From positions 6,628 through 70,627 of the forward strand of contig CAWGQC010000002.1 in NCBI GenBank assembly GCA_963824645.1: a stretch of 64,000 bases of DNA, in the 5' to 3' direction. Shown here in pieces: positions 20,185 through 31,977 of the stretch. The notes beneath the pieces are model-generated. The model ran no database searches. It was not told the DNA's origin and saw nothing but the letters and a program-made list of their open reading frames with translations. The DNA comes from an uncultured Acidimicrobiales bacterium (GTDB lineage Bacteria > Actinomycetota > Acidimicrobiia > Acidimicrobiales > RAAP-2). A program made the position numbers and the translations under genes. Position 1 is the first letter of the stretch. The number at the start of each line of letters is the position of its first letter.

Positions 20185-21581
20185 GACGGAGCCCCGCCGA
20201 CAGGAACGGCTGACCCCGGACCGGAGGCGGAACCCGGACCGGAACCGGAGCCGGAGGCGGAACCCGGACCGGAACCGGAGCTGGAGCTGGATCCGGTCGT
20301 CAAATTGGACAGGTCGACGCCCGGTCCGGCGATGTCCGTGCGCATCTGCATACCCGGCCACGATATGGCCGACACGCCTTGGTAGGCGCGCCGTTGGGCG
20401 TCATCCAGGGAGGCCCCGATGCCGGTTACGCCCAGGACCCGGCCGCCGGCAGTGACCACGGTGGCGCCATCTCCGCCGTTGGCCGTCCCGGCGTGGAAAA
20501 CAGTCACCCCTTCAACCGACCCGGCCCGATCGAGGCCGGTGATCACCTGGCCCGTCCGCGGTGCTGACGGATAGCCGGGCGACGCCAGCACGACGCAGGC
20601 AGCGGCGCCCGGCAAAAAGCGGGGGGTGGTGTGCAGGGCCCCGGAAGCCACCTCGGCCAGTAGCCCGGTGAGATCCCCTTCGAGGCGGGGCAGAACCACC
20701 TGCGCTTCGGGATCACCGAACCGCACGTTGAACTCCAGGACCTTCGGGCCCTCAGCCGTCAGCATCAGTCCGGCGAAGAGCACGCCGCGGTAATCGATGT
20801 GGCGAGCCCGCAGAGCGGCCACCAACGGAGCGACAGATTCACGGACGAGGTGATCGACCAGGGAATCGTCCACCAAGGGAACCGGAGAGTACGCCCCCAT
20901 CCCACCGGTGTTGGGCCCCCGGTCGCCGTCAGCCAGCCGCTTGTAGTCCTGAGCCGGAGCCAGAGGGGCCAGATGCTCACCGTCGCAGAGAACCAGCAGT
21001 GAACACTCGGGTCCGGTGAGACCCTCCTCCACCACCACCCGTCGACCGGCGTCGCCGAAGGAGCGACCGGAAAGCTTGGCCTCGATGTCAGATTCGGCCG
21101 CGGTCAACGAGTCAGTGACCAGTACGCCTTTGCCGGAGGCCAGACCATCGGTCTTGACCACCCACGGGCCCGGCAGCCCGTGAAGAAAGGCCTTGGCGGC
21201 ATCGGCGTCGTCGAACACGCCGAAGCGGGCTGACTGGACACCCGATTCGGCCAGCACCTCCTTCATGAAGGCCTTCGAACCCTCGAGCCGGGCGCCATCG
21301 GCACCCGGTCCGAAGACAAGGCGACCCTGGGCCCGCAGCCGGTCGGCCAGGCCGTCGACCAGCGGTGCCTCCGGTCCGATCACGTAGAGATCGGCGTCGA
21401 TCTCCTCCGGTGGGGTGTCGACCGAGACAAGGGAGTGGCCCTCGGCCGTGTGACCGGTGATGCCCGGGTTGCCCGGCGTCGCCACCACATCGGCCGTGCG
21501 TCCGATGACCAGGGCCAGGGCGTGCTCGCGTCCTCCCGACCCCACCACACACACGGTCTTCACCGGCCCGCCGCCGCTCAT
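20181..21581 (-). CDS. purD: Phosphoribosylamine-glycine ligase with a Ser/Gly/Pro-rich C-terminal tail
   Basis: VCVVGSGGREHAL, ATP-grasp core VVKTDGLASGKGV, DYKRLADGDRGPNTGGMGAYSP. A tail of about 40 aa (SSSSGSGPGSASGSGSGPGSASGPGSA…) follows the domain. Confidence 0.93.
   Translation of the reverse strand: MSGGGPVKTVCVVGSGGREHALALVIGRTADVVATPGNPGITGHTAEGHSLVSVDTPPEEIDADLYVIGPEAPLVDGLADRLRAQGRLVFGPGADGARLEGSKAFMKEVLAESGVQSARFGVFDDADAAKAFLHGLPGPWVVKTDGLASGKGVLVTDSLTAAESDIEAKLSGRSFGDAGRRVVVEEGLTGPECSLLVLCDGEHLAPLAPAQDYKRLADGDRGPNTGGMGAYSPVPLVDDSLVDHLVRESVAPLVAALRARHIDYRGVLFAGLMLTAEGPKVLEFNVRFGDPEAQVVLPRLEGDLTGLLAEVASGALHTTPRFLPGAAACVVLASPGYPSAPRTGQVITGLDRAGSVEGVTVFHAGTANGGDGATVVTAGGRVLGVTGIGASLDDAQRRAYQGVSAISWPGMQMRTDIAGPGVDLSNLTTGSSSSSGSGPGSASGSGSGPGSASGPGSAVPVGGAPS
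20221..20280. repeat. Perfect 30-bp tandem duplication inside the purD 3' tail
   Basis: ccggaggcggaacccggaccggaaccggag occurs twice back to back (20221-20250 and 20251-20280). Confidence 0.95.
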
Positions 21582-21606
21582 GGCGCCACTCCCGATGAGG
21601 GTCCGC

Positions 21607-22890
<1,284 letters not shown>

Positions 22891-23271
22891 TCATTCCTCC
22901 GTTGCGAAAAGCGGATTACATACCAGTGTAACCCGTGACCGGGTGGGCACGGAGGGAGCGGAGTCCAGGCCGATCGCCGGTGCGCGGCCATCGACGAAAG
23001 GTGCGCTTTCGGCCGCCGCCTCCGAGTCGGGGGGCCAAGGGAGGCCTGGAGGCCTGGTTCCCGCCGGCGGGACCCCTGCCGGCGCGGGCTAGGAACAGCG
23101 GCCGTGCGGTCGTGGGGTTCGGTGCGATCAGCGACCGAGCGGTCACAGTCCCGAGCGGGTCGGCAACGGACCGGGTCGGCGTCCGAATGGCCGGCCATCC
23201 CCCGCCAGCCGGCCGGACGGAGGCCTGACCCTCCCCTTATCGGCGCCCCTACCCAGGAACTTGAGGACAAA

Positions 23272-23288
23272 TTTCGAAATATTCGAAA
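23272..23288. repeat. 17-bp AT-rich palindrome TTTCGAA-ata-TTCGAAA in the clpB-purA spacer
   Basis: Perfect 7-bp arms with a 3-nt spacer. It lies within a 40-bp AT-rich island (about 23266-23305), about 40 nt downstream of the clpB stop. Confidence 0.8.
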
Positions 23289-23327
23289 GAATTTCTATTC
23301 TTCCTGGTCAAGGCCACAAAAGGATCC

Positions 23328-25820
23328 TCAGGCCAGAACAATGGCCCCGTCCTTCTCGTCCACGGTGACCGTCGAGCCCTCGGGGTAACGACCTTCGAGC
23401 AGGGCCAGGGCCAGCGGATCCTCGACCTCCCGCTGGATCACCCGCCGGAGGGGACGGGCGCCGAAATCGGGGTCGTATCCGGTGGTGGCCAGATAGGCCT
23501 CTGCCGCCGCGGTGGCCACCAGGGTCAGTCGCCTCTCGGCCAGTCGACCACGAAGCGAACCGAGCTGGATGGAGACGATGCGGGCCAGGTCGGCCTGGGT
23601 CAGCGGATGGAAGCGCACGATCTCGTCGATGCGGTTGACGAATTCCGGCTTGAAGAAGTCGATCGGCTCGCCCGGCAGATTCGACGTCATGATCAGCACC
23701 GTGTTGGTGAAGTCGACGGTACGGCCCTGACCGTCGGTGAGCCGACCATCCTCCAGCAACTGGAGCAGCGTGTTGAACACGTCAGGGTGAGCCTTCTCCA
23801 GCTCGTCGAGCAGCACCACTGCGTAGGGACGCCGACGTATCGCCTCGGTGAGCTGCCCGCCTTCCTCGTAGCCGACATATCCCGGTGGCGCACCCACCAG
23901 GCGGGCCACAGAGTGACGCTCCATGTATTCGCTCATGTCGATGCGCACCATGGCCCGGGCGTCGTCGAAGAGGAACTCGGCCAGAGCCCGAGCCAGTTCG
24001 GTCTTACCCACTCCGGTGGGACCGAGGAACAGGAACGACCCGATGGGCCGGTTGGGATCGGAGAGACCGGCTCGGCTGCGGCGGATGGCGTTGGCTACCG
24101 CGCTGACCGCCTCGTCCTGGCCAACCACCCGGGCGTGGAGGGCATCCTCCATGCGGATCAGCTTCTCCACCTCACCCTCCAGCAGGCGGCTGACGGGCAC
24201 ACCCGTCGCCCGGCTCACTACCTCGGCCACATCCTCGGCGTCGACCTCCTCCTTCAGGAAGCGCTGGCTCTTCTGCAGTTCATCGAGGGAGCGGGTCGCC
24301 TCGTCGATCTGGCGCTCGAGGTCGGGGATCAATCCGTAGGAGATCTCCGAGGCCTCGGCCAGATTGCCGTCGCGGGCCAGGCGTTCGGCCTCGCCCCGGT
24401 GTTGCTCAAGCTCGCCCTTGAGCGATTGAATTGTGGCGATGGCCTCCTTCTCCGACTGCCAATGGGCGGTCATAGCCACAGACTGCTCCTGAAGGTTGGC
24501 CATCTCCTCATCGAGCCGGGCCAGGCGCTCGGCCGATGCACTGTCCGTCTCCTTGGCCAGAGCCATCCGTTCGATCTCGAGCTGACGCAGACGGCGGGTC
24601 ACGACATCGAGCTCGAGGGGCATCGAGTCGATCTCGATCCGCAGCCGGCTGGCCGCCTCGTCCATCAGGTCGATGGCTTTGTCGGGTAGGAACCGCCCGG
24701 TGACGTAGCGATCCGAGAGCACGGCTGCAGCCACCAGGGCAGCGTCCTGAATACGGACACCGTGATGGACCTCGTAGCGCTCCTTCAGGCCACGGAGAAT
24801 GGCGATGGTGTCCTCCACCGACGGGGGCGGAACGAAAACCTGTTGGAACCGTCGCTCGAGAGCGGCGTCCTTCTCGATGTACTGGCGGTACTCGTCGAGA
24901 GTGGTGGCACCGATCATGCGCAACTCGCCGCGGGCCAGCATGGGTTTGATCATGTTGCCTGCGTCCATCGCCCCTTCGGCGCCGCCACCGGCACCCACGA
25001 TGGTGTGGAGCTCGTCGATGAAGGTGATGACCTCACCCTCGGCGTCGGCGATTTCTTTCAAGACCGCCTTCAGGCGCTCCTCGAACTCACCCCGGTACTT
25101 GGCGCCGGCCACCATCGATCCCATGTCGAGAGCGATGACCCGCTTTCCCTTCAGACCCTCGGGGACATCCCCCTCCACGATGCGGGTGGCCAAACCCTCC
25201 ACGATGGCGGTTTTGCCCACACCGGGCTCGCCGATCAGTACGGGATTGTTTTTCGTCCGACGCGACAAGACCTGTATGACCCGACGGATCTCCTCGTCCC
25301 TGCCGATGACCGGATCGATCTTCCCCTGCCGAGCGGCGATAGTGAGGTCACGACCGTAACGCTCGAGGGCCTGGAAGGTCTCCTCCGGGTTCGGAGAGGT
25401 GACCCGGTGACTACCCCTCACGTCGCGCAGGGCGGTGAGCAGTTGGTCGCGGTCGACGCCCAGACGGTCGGCCATGGCCAACATCAAATGCTCGACGGAC
25501 AGATACTCGTCGCCCATGTCGGTCCGGGCCGTATCGGCCGCCGTCAGCACATCGCGGAGGGCCCGATCGATGCCCGGCTCCTGTCCGCCGAAGGCCTGGG
25601 GCAACCGGGCCAACTCACCGTTGATCCGGTCACGGACGACGTTGGGCTCCACCCCGACACGCGTCAGGACGGGACCGGCGATACCGTCGCTCTGGTCGAG
25701 AATGGAGGCCAGCACATGGCTCGGCGTGACCTCGGCGTTGTTGGCGGCCCGGGCCCGGTCAACGGCGGCCGTGAACGCCTCTTGGGTCTTGACGGTCCAG
25801 CGCTCGGGGTTGATGGTCAT
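23328..25820 (-). CDS. clpB: ATP-dependent chaperone/disaggregase ClpB
   Basis: Two AAA+ modules ([13 protein letters not shown] and [13 protein letters not shown]), a middle coiled coil and an N-domain. 830 aa. The start overlaps the hspR stop by 4 nt. Confidence 0.95.
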   Translation of the reverse strand: MTINPERWTVKTQEAFTAAVDRARAANNAEVTPSHVLASILDQSDGIAGPVLTRVGVEPNVVRDRINGELARLPQAFGGQEPGIDRALRDVLTAADTARTDMGDEYLSVEHLMLAMADRLGVDRDQLLTALRDVRGSHRVTSPNPEETFQALERYGRDLTIAARQGKIDPVIGRDEEIRRVIQVLSRRTKNNPVLIGEPGVGKTAIVEGLATRIVEGDVPEGLKGKRVIALDMGSMVAGAKYRGEFEERLKAVLKEIADAEGEVITFIDELHTIVGAGGGAEGAMDAGNMIKPMLARGELRMIGATTLDEYRQYIEKDAALERRFQQVFVPPPSVEDTIAILRGLKERYEVHHGVRIQDAALVAAAVLSDRYVTGRFLPDKAIDLMDEAASRLRIEIDSMPLELDVVTRRLRQLEIERMALAKETDSASAERLARLDEEMANLQEQSVAMTAHWQSEKEAIATIQSLKGELEQHRGEAERLARDGNLAEASEISYGLIPDLERQIDEATRSLDELQKSQRFLKEEVDAEDVAEVVSRATGVPVSRLLEGEVEKLIRMEDALHARVVGQDEAVSAVANAIRRSRAGLSDPNRPIGSFLFLGPTGVGKTELARALAEFLFDDARAMVRIDMSEYMERHSVARLVGAPPGYVGYEEGGQLTEAIRRRPYAVVLLDELEKAHPDVFNTLLQLLEDGRLTDGQGRTVDFTNTVLIMTSNLPGEPIDFFKPEFVNRIDEIVRFHPLTQADLARIVSIQLGSLRGRLAERRLTLVATAAAEAYLATTGYDPDFGARPLRRVIQREVEDPLALALLEGRYPEGSTVTVDEKDGAIVLA

Positions 25821-26224
25821 CGGGAACCTCCCGTCTCGTGCATGGTACGGCGGGCCGGCCGGGTCGGCACCAGAGTCTGGGAGACGGGGACGAGCTCACG
25901 GCGATACTGGCGGTGGGTCACAGCCACCGCCTCTCGGGCCTCCCTCCGGACAGCGGTCAACTCCTGACGCAGACGGGCTACCTCCGCCTGAAGCTCCATG
26001 ACCCGGCGAACACCTTCGAGATTGAGTCCGGCATTGGTCAAACTCTGGATCTGACGCAGGCGGTCCAGGTCCTCGTCGCTGAATCGCCGGCTGCCCCCTT
26101 CGGTGCGACTCGGATCGAGCAGGCCTTTGCGCTCGTAAACGCGCAGGGTCTGGGGGTGGACGCCGGCCAGCTCGGCGGCGACCGAGATGACATAGACAGC
26201 GCGGGACCGCGGATCGGTACTCAT
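25817..26224 (-). CDS. hspR: MerR-family heat-shock repressor HspR
   Basis: [51 protein letters not shown]. It occupies the usual position after dnaJ, as in actinobacterial dnaK operons. Confidence 0.88.
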   Translation of the reverse strand: MSTDPRSRAVYVISVAAELAGVHPQTLRVYERKGLLDPSRTEGGSRRFSDEDLDRLRQIQSLTNAGLNLEGVRRVMELQAEVARLRQELTAVRREAREAVAVTHRQYRRELVPVSQTLVPTRPARRTMHETGGSR

Positions 26225-26225
26225 G

Positions 26226-27350
26226 TCAGACCCCCAATTCGTCGCGAGCCGGCGGGTCGACCACCTGGGCCAGGGCCTCGACAGCGGCGCGCTGTTCGTC
26301 GGTGAGCTCATCGGGCACGGCGACCTCCACGGTGACCAGCAAGTCACCGGTGGCGGTCTTGCGCCCGGCCGGTACTCCTCGCCCCTTCACCCGGAAGGTC
26401 CGCCCCGAGGGCGTACCAGCGGGCACCCGAAGGGTCACGGGCTCCGTGAGGGTGGGAACGGTGAGCGTGGTGCCCAAGGTGGCCTCGGGATAGGAGATGG
26501 GAACGGTGATGGTGAGATTGCGGTTGCGTCGTCCGAACACGCCGTGCCGATCCACCCGGACCACCACGTAGAGGTCGCCGCTGGGGCCGTTGCCCCGACC
26601 TGCGGCGCCTTTCCCCTTCACCCGAATGCGCTGTCCGTCGTCGACGCCGGGCGGGATGCGCACCTTGACCGTGCGATTCCGGTGCTCGACCCCGGTTCCG
26701 CCACAGGTCGGGCAGGGCGTCGTCACCACTGTCCCCCGACCGCCACACTGTGGGCAGATCTGGCTGAGCGAGAACAGCCCCTGATCGTCCTGAAGAGTGC
26801 CCGATCCCCCGCAGCGGGGACAGGTCGTGGGCTGGGTCCCCGGGGCGGCGCCCGAGCCCGAGCAGGTGTGGCACCGGACGTCGGTGGTGAGATGGACCGA
26901 GGTGGTTACCCCTTGGACGGCATCCTCGAAGGAGAGGTGCAGCTCCGTCTCGACGTCGTTGCCACGCTGGCTGCCGGTGGTCGTCCCCCCGCCGCGGCGG
27001 CCGCGGCCGAAAAGGCCACCGAACAGGTCGCCGAGGTCGCCCATATCGTCCACCCGGAAGGTGGTGCCGCCCTGCCCCCCGAACCCGCCCGGAAACCCAC
27101 CGCCGAACCCGCCGGCGGCCGGCCCCATGGTCCGCACCTCGTCGTACTCCTTGCGCCGGTCGGCGTCACCCAGAACGTCGTAGGCCGCCGAGATCTCCTT
27201 GAAGGTCTCCTCCTGGCCCGGGTTGGTATCCGGGTGGTGCTTTTTGGCCAGCTTCCGGTAAGCGCTGGTGATCTCCTTGGCCGACGCCGTGGAGGAGACG
27301 CCCAGCGTCTTGTAATAGTCCTTCTCAAACCATTCGCGTTGAGGCGCCAC
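26226..27350 (-). CDS. dnaJ: Molecular chaperone DnaJ
   Basis: J domain with the HPD motif (KDYYKTLGV…KKHHPDTNP), a G/F-rich linker and four CxxCxGxG zinc-finger repeats. Confidence 0.95.
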   Translation of the reverse strand: MAPQREWFEKDYYKTLGVSSTASAKEITSAYRKLAKKHHPDTNPGQEETFKEISAAYDVLGDADRRKEYDEVRTMGPAAGGFGGGFPGGFGGQGGTTFRVDDMGDLGDLFGGLFGRGRRGGGTTTGSQRGNDVETELHLSFEDAVQGVTTSVHLTTDVRCHTCSGSGAAPGTQPTTCPRCGGSGTLQDDQGLFSLSQICPQCGGRGTVVTTPCPTCGGTGVEHRNRTVKVRIPPGVDDGQRIRVKGKGAAGRGNGPSGDLYVVVRVDRHGVFGRRNRNLTITVPISYPEATLGTTLTVPTLTEPVTLRVPAGTPSGRTFRVKGRGVPAGRKTATGDLLVTVEVAVPDELTDEQRAAVEALAQVVDPPARDELGV

Positions 27351-27419
27351 GTGGTCTCTGTCGGTCCCTTCTCAATCTCGATCTGCGAGCCCCGGTGCTC
27401 CGAAGGCCACGGTGCTCCG

Positions 27420-28148
27420 CTATCCCCGAACCATCACCATGGCCGGACGCACGACGGTGCCGCGCCACACATAGCCGGGTCGCATCACCTGGGCGACGAC
27501 CGGTTCACCTGTCGGGTCCCCGGAACCGACTCCGCCGCCAGCCGGCTTCTCGAGTCCCGTCCCACCGGAGACGTCGCCCTCCTCCTCGTCAGCCGGCAAG
27601 TGGCCGACCGCTTCGTGAGCGTTGGGGTCGAAAGTCTCACCCGTCGGATCGATGCGCTCGAGCCCCTCTTTGGCCAGTACGTCACGCAGCTGGCTGGATA
27701 CGGCCAGAAGGGCCCGGCCGTCCGTCGAGTCGGCGTCGCCGAGGTGGGTGACGGCCAGGTCGAGAGTGTCGAGCACGGGAAGCAGCTTGTCCACCAGGGA
27801 CAGCGCCGCCCGGGCCGTCTGGTCGCTCTGCTGCTTGGCCACCCGCTTTCTGTAATTCTCGAACTCGGCCTGTAGCCGCCGCAATGAGTCGAGGTACTCG
27901 TCTCGTTGCGCCAGAGCGATCTTCACCTCGTTGATGTCCGGTGACTCACCGTCGATGATCTCTGTGGTGAGTTCGTCACCGTCGACCGCGTCCACGATCT
28001 CCCCTTCGAATATGTCGTCGATCCTGTCTGGGCCAGAACCGTCCGGATAGCCACCGGACGTGCCTGGGCCCGGGGATGAGCCTGAGGCCGTTCCGGCCTC
28101 AGGCTCCCACCCACCATCACCGTGGTCCGGGTTGTTCACGCCGGTCAT
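27420..28148 (-). CDS. grpE: Nucleotide exchange factor GrpE
   Basis: RLQAEFENYRKRVAKQ…LLPVLDTLDLA…FDPNAHEAV… lying between dnaK and dnaJ. Confidence 0.92.
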   Translation of the reverse strand: MTGVNNPDHGDGGWEPEAGTASGSSPGPGTSGGYPDGSGPDRIDDIFEGEIVDAVDGDELTTEIIDGESPDINEVKIALAQRDEYLDSLRRLQAEFENYRKRVAKQQSDQTARAALSLVDKLLPVLDTLDLAVTHLGDADSTDGRALLAVSSQLRDVLAKEGLERIDPTGETFDPNAHEAVGHLPADEEEGDVSGGTGLEKPAGGGVGSGDPTGEPVVAQVMRPGYVWRGTVVRPAMVMVRG

Positions 28149-28154
28149 CGGCGC

Positions 28155-29987
28155 TCAGCCCTTGTCGTCGACGATTTCGGCGTCCACGACCTCGTCGTCG
28201 GAGGACTCGTCGGCCGGGACCTCGCCCCCGGGAGCCGACGCCTGCTCCTTCGAAGCCTCCTCGTACAGCCGCTGGCTGAACGACTGACTGGCCGTGAGCA
28301 GCGTCTCGGTCGAGGTTTTGATGGCTTCAATGTCCGAGCCGGACAGGGTCTCTTTGAGCGAGGAAAGTGCCGATTCGACCTTCTCCTTCTCGTCGCCCTG
28401 GAACTTCTCGCCCTGGTCCTTGAGCAGCTTCTCGGTCTGGTAGACGAGAGTGTCGGCGTTGTTGCGGACCTCGGCCTCCTCCTTGCGGCGGCGGTCATCC
28501 TCGGCGTGAGCTTCGGCGTCCTTGATCATGCGCTCGATGTCATCCCTGGCCAGCGACGACTGACCGGTGATGGTCATCGACTGCTCTTTGCCGGTGGCCC
28601 GGTCCTTGGCCGACACGTGCACGATCCCGTTGGCGTCGATGTCAAAGGTGACCTCGATTTGGGGAACGCCGCGCGGGGCCGGTGGAAGGTCCACCAACTG
28701 GAACTTGCCCAATGTCTTGTTGTACATGGCCATTTCACGCTCACCTTGGAGAACGTGGACCTCGACCGACGGCTGATTGTCGTCAGCAGTGGTGAACACT
28801 TCGCTGCGCTTGGTCGGAATGGTGGTGTTCCGCTCGATGAGGCGGTGCATCACACTTCCCTTGGTCTCGATACCGAGCGACAGAGGAGTCACATCCAGAA
28901 GGAGGACGTCCTTGACCTCTCCCTTCAGCACCCCGGCCTGGACGGCAGCGCCGATCGCCACCACCTCGTCGGGGTTCACTCCCTTGTGTGCCTCCTTGCC
29001 GGTCATCTGCTGGACCAGTTCCTGCACAGCGGGGATCCGGGTCGACCCGCCGACCAGGATGACGTGGTCGATGTCCGACTTGGACAGCCCCGAGTCGGAG
29101 ATGGCCTGATCGAACGGGCCCTTGCACGCCTCCACCAGGTCGGCGGTCAGCTCGTTGAACGTGGCCCGGGTCAGTTTGACGTCGAGGTGCTTGGGGCCCT
29201 CGGACGTGGCCGTGATGAAGGGCAGATTGATCTGTGTCTCCTGCAGGGAGGACAGCTCGATCTTGGCCTTCTCCGCGGCCTCCTTGAGGCGCTGGGTGGC
29301 CATCTTGTCGGCCGCCAGATCGACTCCCTCGGTGTCCTTGAACGTCTTGACCAGCCAATCGATGATGCGCTGGTCCCAGTCGTCCCCACCGAGTTGGGAG
29401 TTACCGGCCGTCGACTTCACCTCGAACACGCCGTCGCCGATTTCCAGGATGGATACATCGAACGTGCCGCCTCCGAGGTCGAAGACGAGCACGGTCTGCT
29501 CCGCCCCCTCCTTGTCGAGGCCATAGGCCAGGGCTGCGGCCGTGGGCTCGTTGATGATGCGGAGGACCTCGAGACCGGCGATGGCCCCGGCCTCGTTGGT
29601 CGCCGTCCGCTGTGCGTCATCGAAGTAAGCCGGGACAGTGATGACCGCCTGCGTCACGGTGTCACCGAGGAAAGCCTCGGCGTCCCTCTTCAGCTTCCCG
29701 AGGATTCGGGCGGAGATTTCCTGGGGCGTGTAGTCCTTGCCGTCGATGTCGACGGTCCATGAGGTCCCCATCTGCCTCTTGACCGAGCGGATGGTCCGGT
29801 CGGGATTGGTGATGGCCTGACGTTTGGCCACTTCACCCACCAGCACCTCGCCGGACTTGGCGAATCCGACCACCGACGGCGTGGTCCGACCCCCTTCGGC
29901 ATTGGGGATGACGACCGGCTCGCCGGCCTCCAACACGGCTACCACCGAGTTGGTCGTCCCGAGATCGATTCCAACGGCCTTGGCCAT
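28155..29987 (-). CDS. dnaK: Molecular chaperone DnaK (Hsp70)
   Basis: [39 protein letters not shown]. 610 aa. AGGAGG RBS 10 nt upstream. Confidence 0.97.
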   Translation of the reverse strand: MAKAVGIDLGTTNSVVAVLEAGEPVVIPNAEGGRTTPSVVGFAKSGEVLVGEVAKRQAITNPDRTIRSVKRQMGTSWTVDIDGKDYTPQEISARILGKLKRDAEAFLGDTVTQAVITVPAYFDDAQRTATNEAGAIAGLEVLRIINEPTAAALAYGLDKEGAEQTVLVFDLGGGTFDVSILEIGDGVFEVKSTAGNSQLGGDDWDQRIIDWLVKTFKDTEGVDLAADKMATQRLKEAAEKAKIELSSLQETQINLPFITATSEGPKHLDVKLTRATFNELTADLVEACKGPFDQAISDSGLSKSDIDHVILVGGSTRIPAVQELVQQMTGKEAHKGVNPDEVVAIGAAVQAGVLKGEVKDVLLLDVTPLSLGIETKGSVMHRLIERNTTIPTKRSEVFTTADDNQPSVEVHVLQGEREMAMYNKTLGKFQLVDLPPAPRGVPQIEVTFDIDANGIVHVSAKDRATGKEQSMTITGQSSLARDDIERMIKDAEAHAEDDRRRKEEAEVRNNADTLVYQTEKLLKDQGEKFQGDEKEKVESALSSLKETLSGSDIEAIKTSTETLLTASQSFSQRLYEEASKEQASAPGGEVPADESSDDEVVDAEIVDDKG

Positions 29988-30180
29988 AACTAACTGCCTC
30001 CTACTGCCCTCTTCGGGCTATCCGTACCTGCTCTTGTTTTGCGTGTCGTGCCGGGCGCTTGGTTCCCAGCCCCTGGGTGCTGCGTTCCTATTCGTCGTGC
30101 CTGGGGACCGACCTGTTTCCCGTGCGCTTCCGGCGCCGGATTTGGGGTGTCCGTTCGATTGGTCCTTGCTAACTGCATCC

Positions 30181-30233
30181 ACTATACCAAACTTGAGTGC
30201 TTAATGTATAGATTTTATCCTTCATCAGCACTG
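30181..30233 (-). promoter_or_regulatory. Candidate dnaK-operon promoter with an HspR (HAIR-like) half-site and an imperfect inverted repeat
   Basis: On the minus strand: TATACA (30205-30210), an 18-nt spacer, then TATAGT (30181-30186), about 195 nt upstream of dnaK in the only AT-rich patch. ACTCAAG (the complement of CTTGAGT at 30192-30198) lies between -35 and -10. GAGTGCTTA (30195-30203) and TCAGCACTG (30225-30233) form a 7/9 inverted repeat. Confidence 0.4.
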
Positions 30234-30319
30234 AGGATAGTAGGTCTGACGGCCTTAGCCGCGTCGTGAGGTCGCCGGTTCCGCCGGTCGGCGGATCGAC
30301 GGCCGGATACCCTGGGTCC

Positions 30320-31076
30320 ATGCTCAACCTGGTCCTCCTCCGCCACGGCCAGTCGCAGTGGAACGCCGAAAACCTGTTCACCGGGTGGCACGACGTCGAC
30401 CTCACCGAGCAGGGCGAGGAGGAAGCCCGCGTCGGCGGGACGTCTCTTAGCGGCCGAAACCGACCTCGATCTGCGGATTCTCCATACCTCGGTACTGACT
30501 CGGGCCATCCGGACGGCCGAACTGAGCCTGGCCGCAGCAGGACGATCGTGGTTACCGGTCAAGCGCCACTGGCGACTCAACGAACGACACTACGGAGCGC
30601 TCCAAGGCCTGGACAAGAAGGAGACCAGCGCCCGGCACGGGGAAGCCCAGGTCAAGGCGTGGCGCCGCAGCTATGCCACCCCGCCCCCTCCGGTGGAGCC
30701 GGGGAGCGCCCATCACCCTGTCGCCGACCCCCGCTACCGGGACCTTCCGTTCGACGCCCTACCCCTCACCGAATGCCTGGCCGATGTGGTGGACAGGGTC
30801 ATTCCCTACTGGGACGACGCCATTGTTCCCGATCTCCTGGCCGAGGGGCCGAGGGGCGGGACGGTGCTCGTGGTGGCCCATGGCAACAGCCTGCGAGCCC
30901 TGCGCAAGCACATAGACGGCACAGCCGACGATGCCATCGTCGACCTCGAAATCCCGACCGGCATCCCCTTCCGCTACGAACTCAACGACGATCTCAGCGT
31001 GGCCGAGAAGCGATACCTCGGTAACCCGGCTGCCGCCGCGGCGGCAGCCGAGGCGGTGGGCCGTCAGGCCGGTTGA
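30320..31076 (+). pseudogene. gpmA: 2,3-bisphosphoglycerate-dependent phosphoglycerate mutase, reading frame broken by one extra nucleotide near 30437-30440
   Basis: [40 protein letters not shown] is in the frame of ATG 30320. The rest ([23 protein letters not shown]…[19 protein letters not shown]…[11 protein letters not shown]…) continues in the +1 frame to TGA 31076. Removing 1 nt gives 251 aa, a normal GpmA length. Sequencing error cannot be excluded. Confidence 0.8.
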
Positions 31077-31511
31077 CGCTGGGCGCCAGAGGCGCCGGTG
31101 GGAATGAGGTCGGCCCGATTCGGTCATGAAGTGGGCTGAAAATGAGGCCCTGGCCGAGGGAGCGGAGGACCCACCTTGGGTCTCTTATTTCTGGGACTGG
31201 CCCCTTTTTACCGTCTACAACCGATACATTTCGTCGGCCGATATCGGGCACAGGCGATAAATTGGCCAATTTCGAAACAGACATGAGGAGTGGGGGTTTA
31301 GTCAGGTGGCCCTTGTGCTCCCTGCGTCCTTCCCCTGGCGCCCTGCCGGCCCTCAGGTCCACCCGGAGTTCGGCCGGCGGGACCGCTCGTCGCCCCAGCC
31401 TCGGGTTACGGGGCCAGTTCGGTCGGACCCACGGCCGGGCCAACCACGAAAAGGGGGTTAGGCCGGACGCCCTTCGTGCCTCCCTCGTCCCGGTAATCTG
31501 AGGGAAGGCGC

Positions 31512-31547
31512 GGCAGGAGGTCGGCTCCGAAGAACCGACCTCCTGCC
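31512..31547 (-). terminator. Stem-loop downstream of glnK (13-bp perfect stem, 10-nt loop), no U tract
   Basis: GGCAGGAGGTCGG-ctccgaagaa-CCGACCTCCTGCC, about 55 nt beyond the glnK stop. Confidence 0.5.
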
Positions 31548-31603
31548 ATGGTTCGGGTGGCCTTGTCCCCACAAAAACCACCCGGGTCACATCGGTACGA
31601 CCG

Positions 31604-31957
<354 letters not shown>

Positions 31958-31977
31958 TTAGGTTCGTAGTGGTCCTG

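Noticed and set aside
20221-20280. Possible CRISPR-like or minisatellite arrays (also 11025-11065, 16764-16808, 17548-17583, 40436-40469, 57574-57624)
   Set aside because: All are short head-to-tail tandem repeats with no unique spacers. Most lie inside coding sequence and there are no cas genes. They are not CRISPR.
18874-20361. Longer purB version starting at 20361 (MAGYADAHGH…RFRSGFRLRLRFRSGFRL…)
   Set aside because: The extra 59 codons are just the other-frame reading of the purD 30-bp tandem repeat. AdSL homology begins at MIPRYAP (ATG 20184), which overlaps the purD stop in the usual ATGA coupling.
28122-29762. 546-aa plus-strand ORF, plus other long antisense ORFs (21457..22938, 23607..24689, 24762..25967, 36836..38062, 61048..62391, 8090..9118, 19162..20385, 48791..50392, 50178..51479)
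   Set aside because: Each is antisense to a confidently identified gene (dnaK, purA, clpB, the Fe-S oxidoreductase, the SBP, padR, purB, aidB, adh). Their compositions are low-complexity and Arg/Gly/Pro-rich. I treat them as GC-driven shadow frames.
30195-30233. CIRCE (HrcA operator) upstream of dnaK
   Set aside because: GAGTGCTTA and TCAGCACTG resemble CIRCE half-sites. However, they are in the everted order, 21 nt apart instead of 9, with two mismatches, and the operon carries hspR rather than hrcA. I kept the site only as a candidate HspR-type operator.
30266-31024. 252-aa ORF starting [10 protein letters not shown]… taken at face value
   Set aside because: Only residues 19-58 ([15 protein letters not shown]…EEEARVGG) are GpmA-like. 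The rest is Arg/Pro-rich nonsense, while the true GpmA continuation is in the +1 frame. I interpret this as a frame-shifted gpmA starting at 30320.
31077-31603. tmRNA, RNase P RNA or SRP RNA in the gpmA-glnK gap
   Set aside because: I looked for GAGGAAAGUCCGGGC (RNase P), a tRNA-like 3' end with a tag ORF (tmRNA) and the SRP domain IV motif on both strands. None is present.
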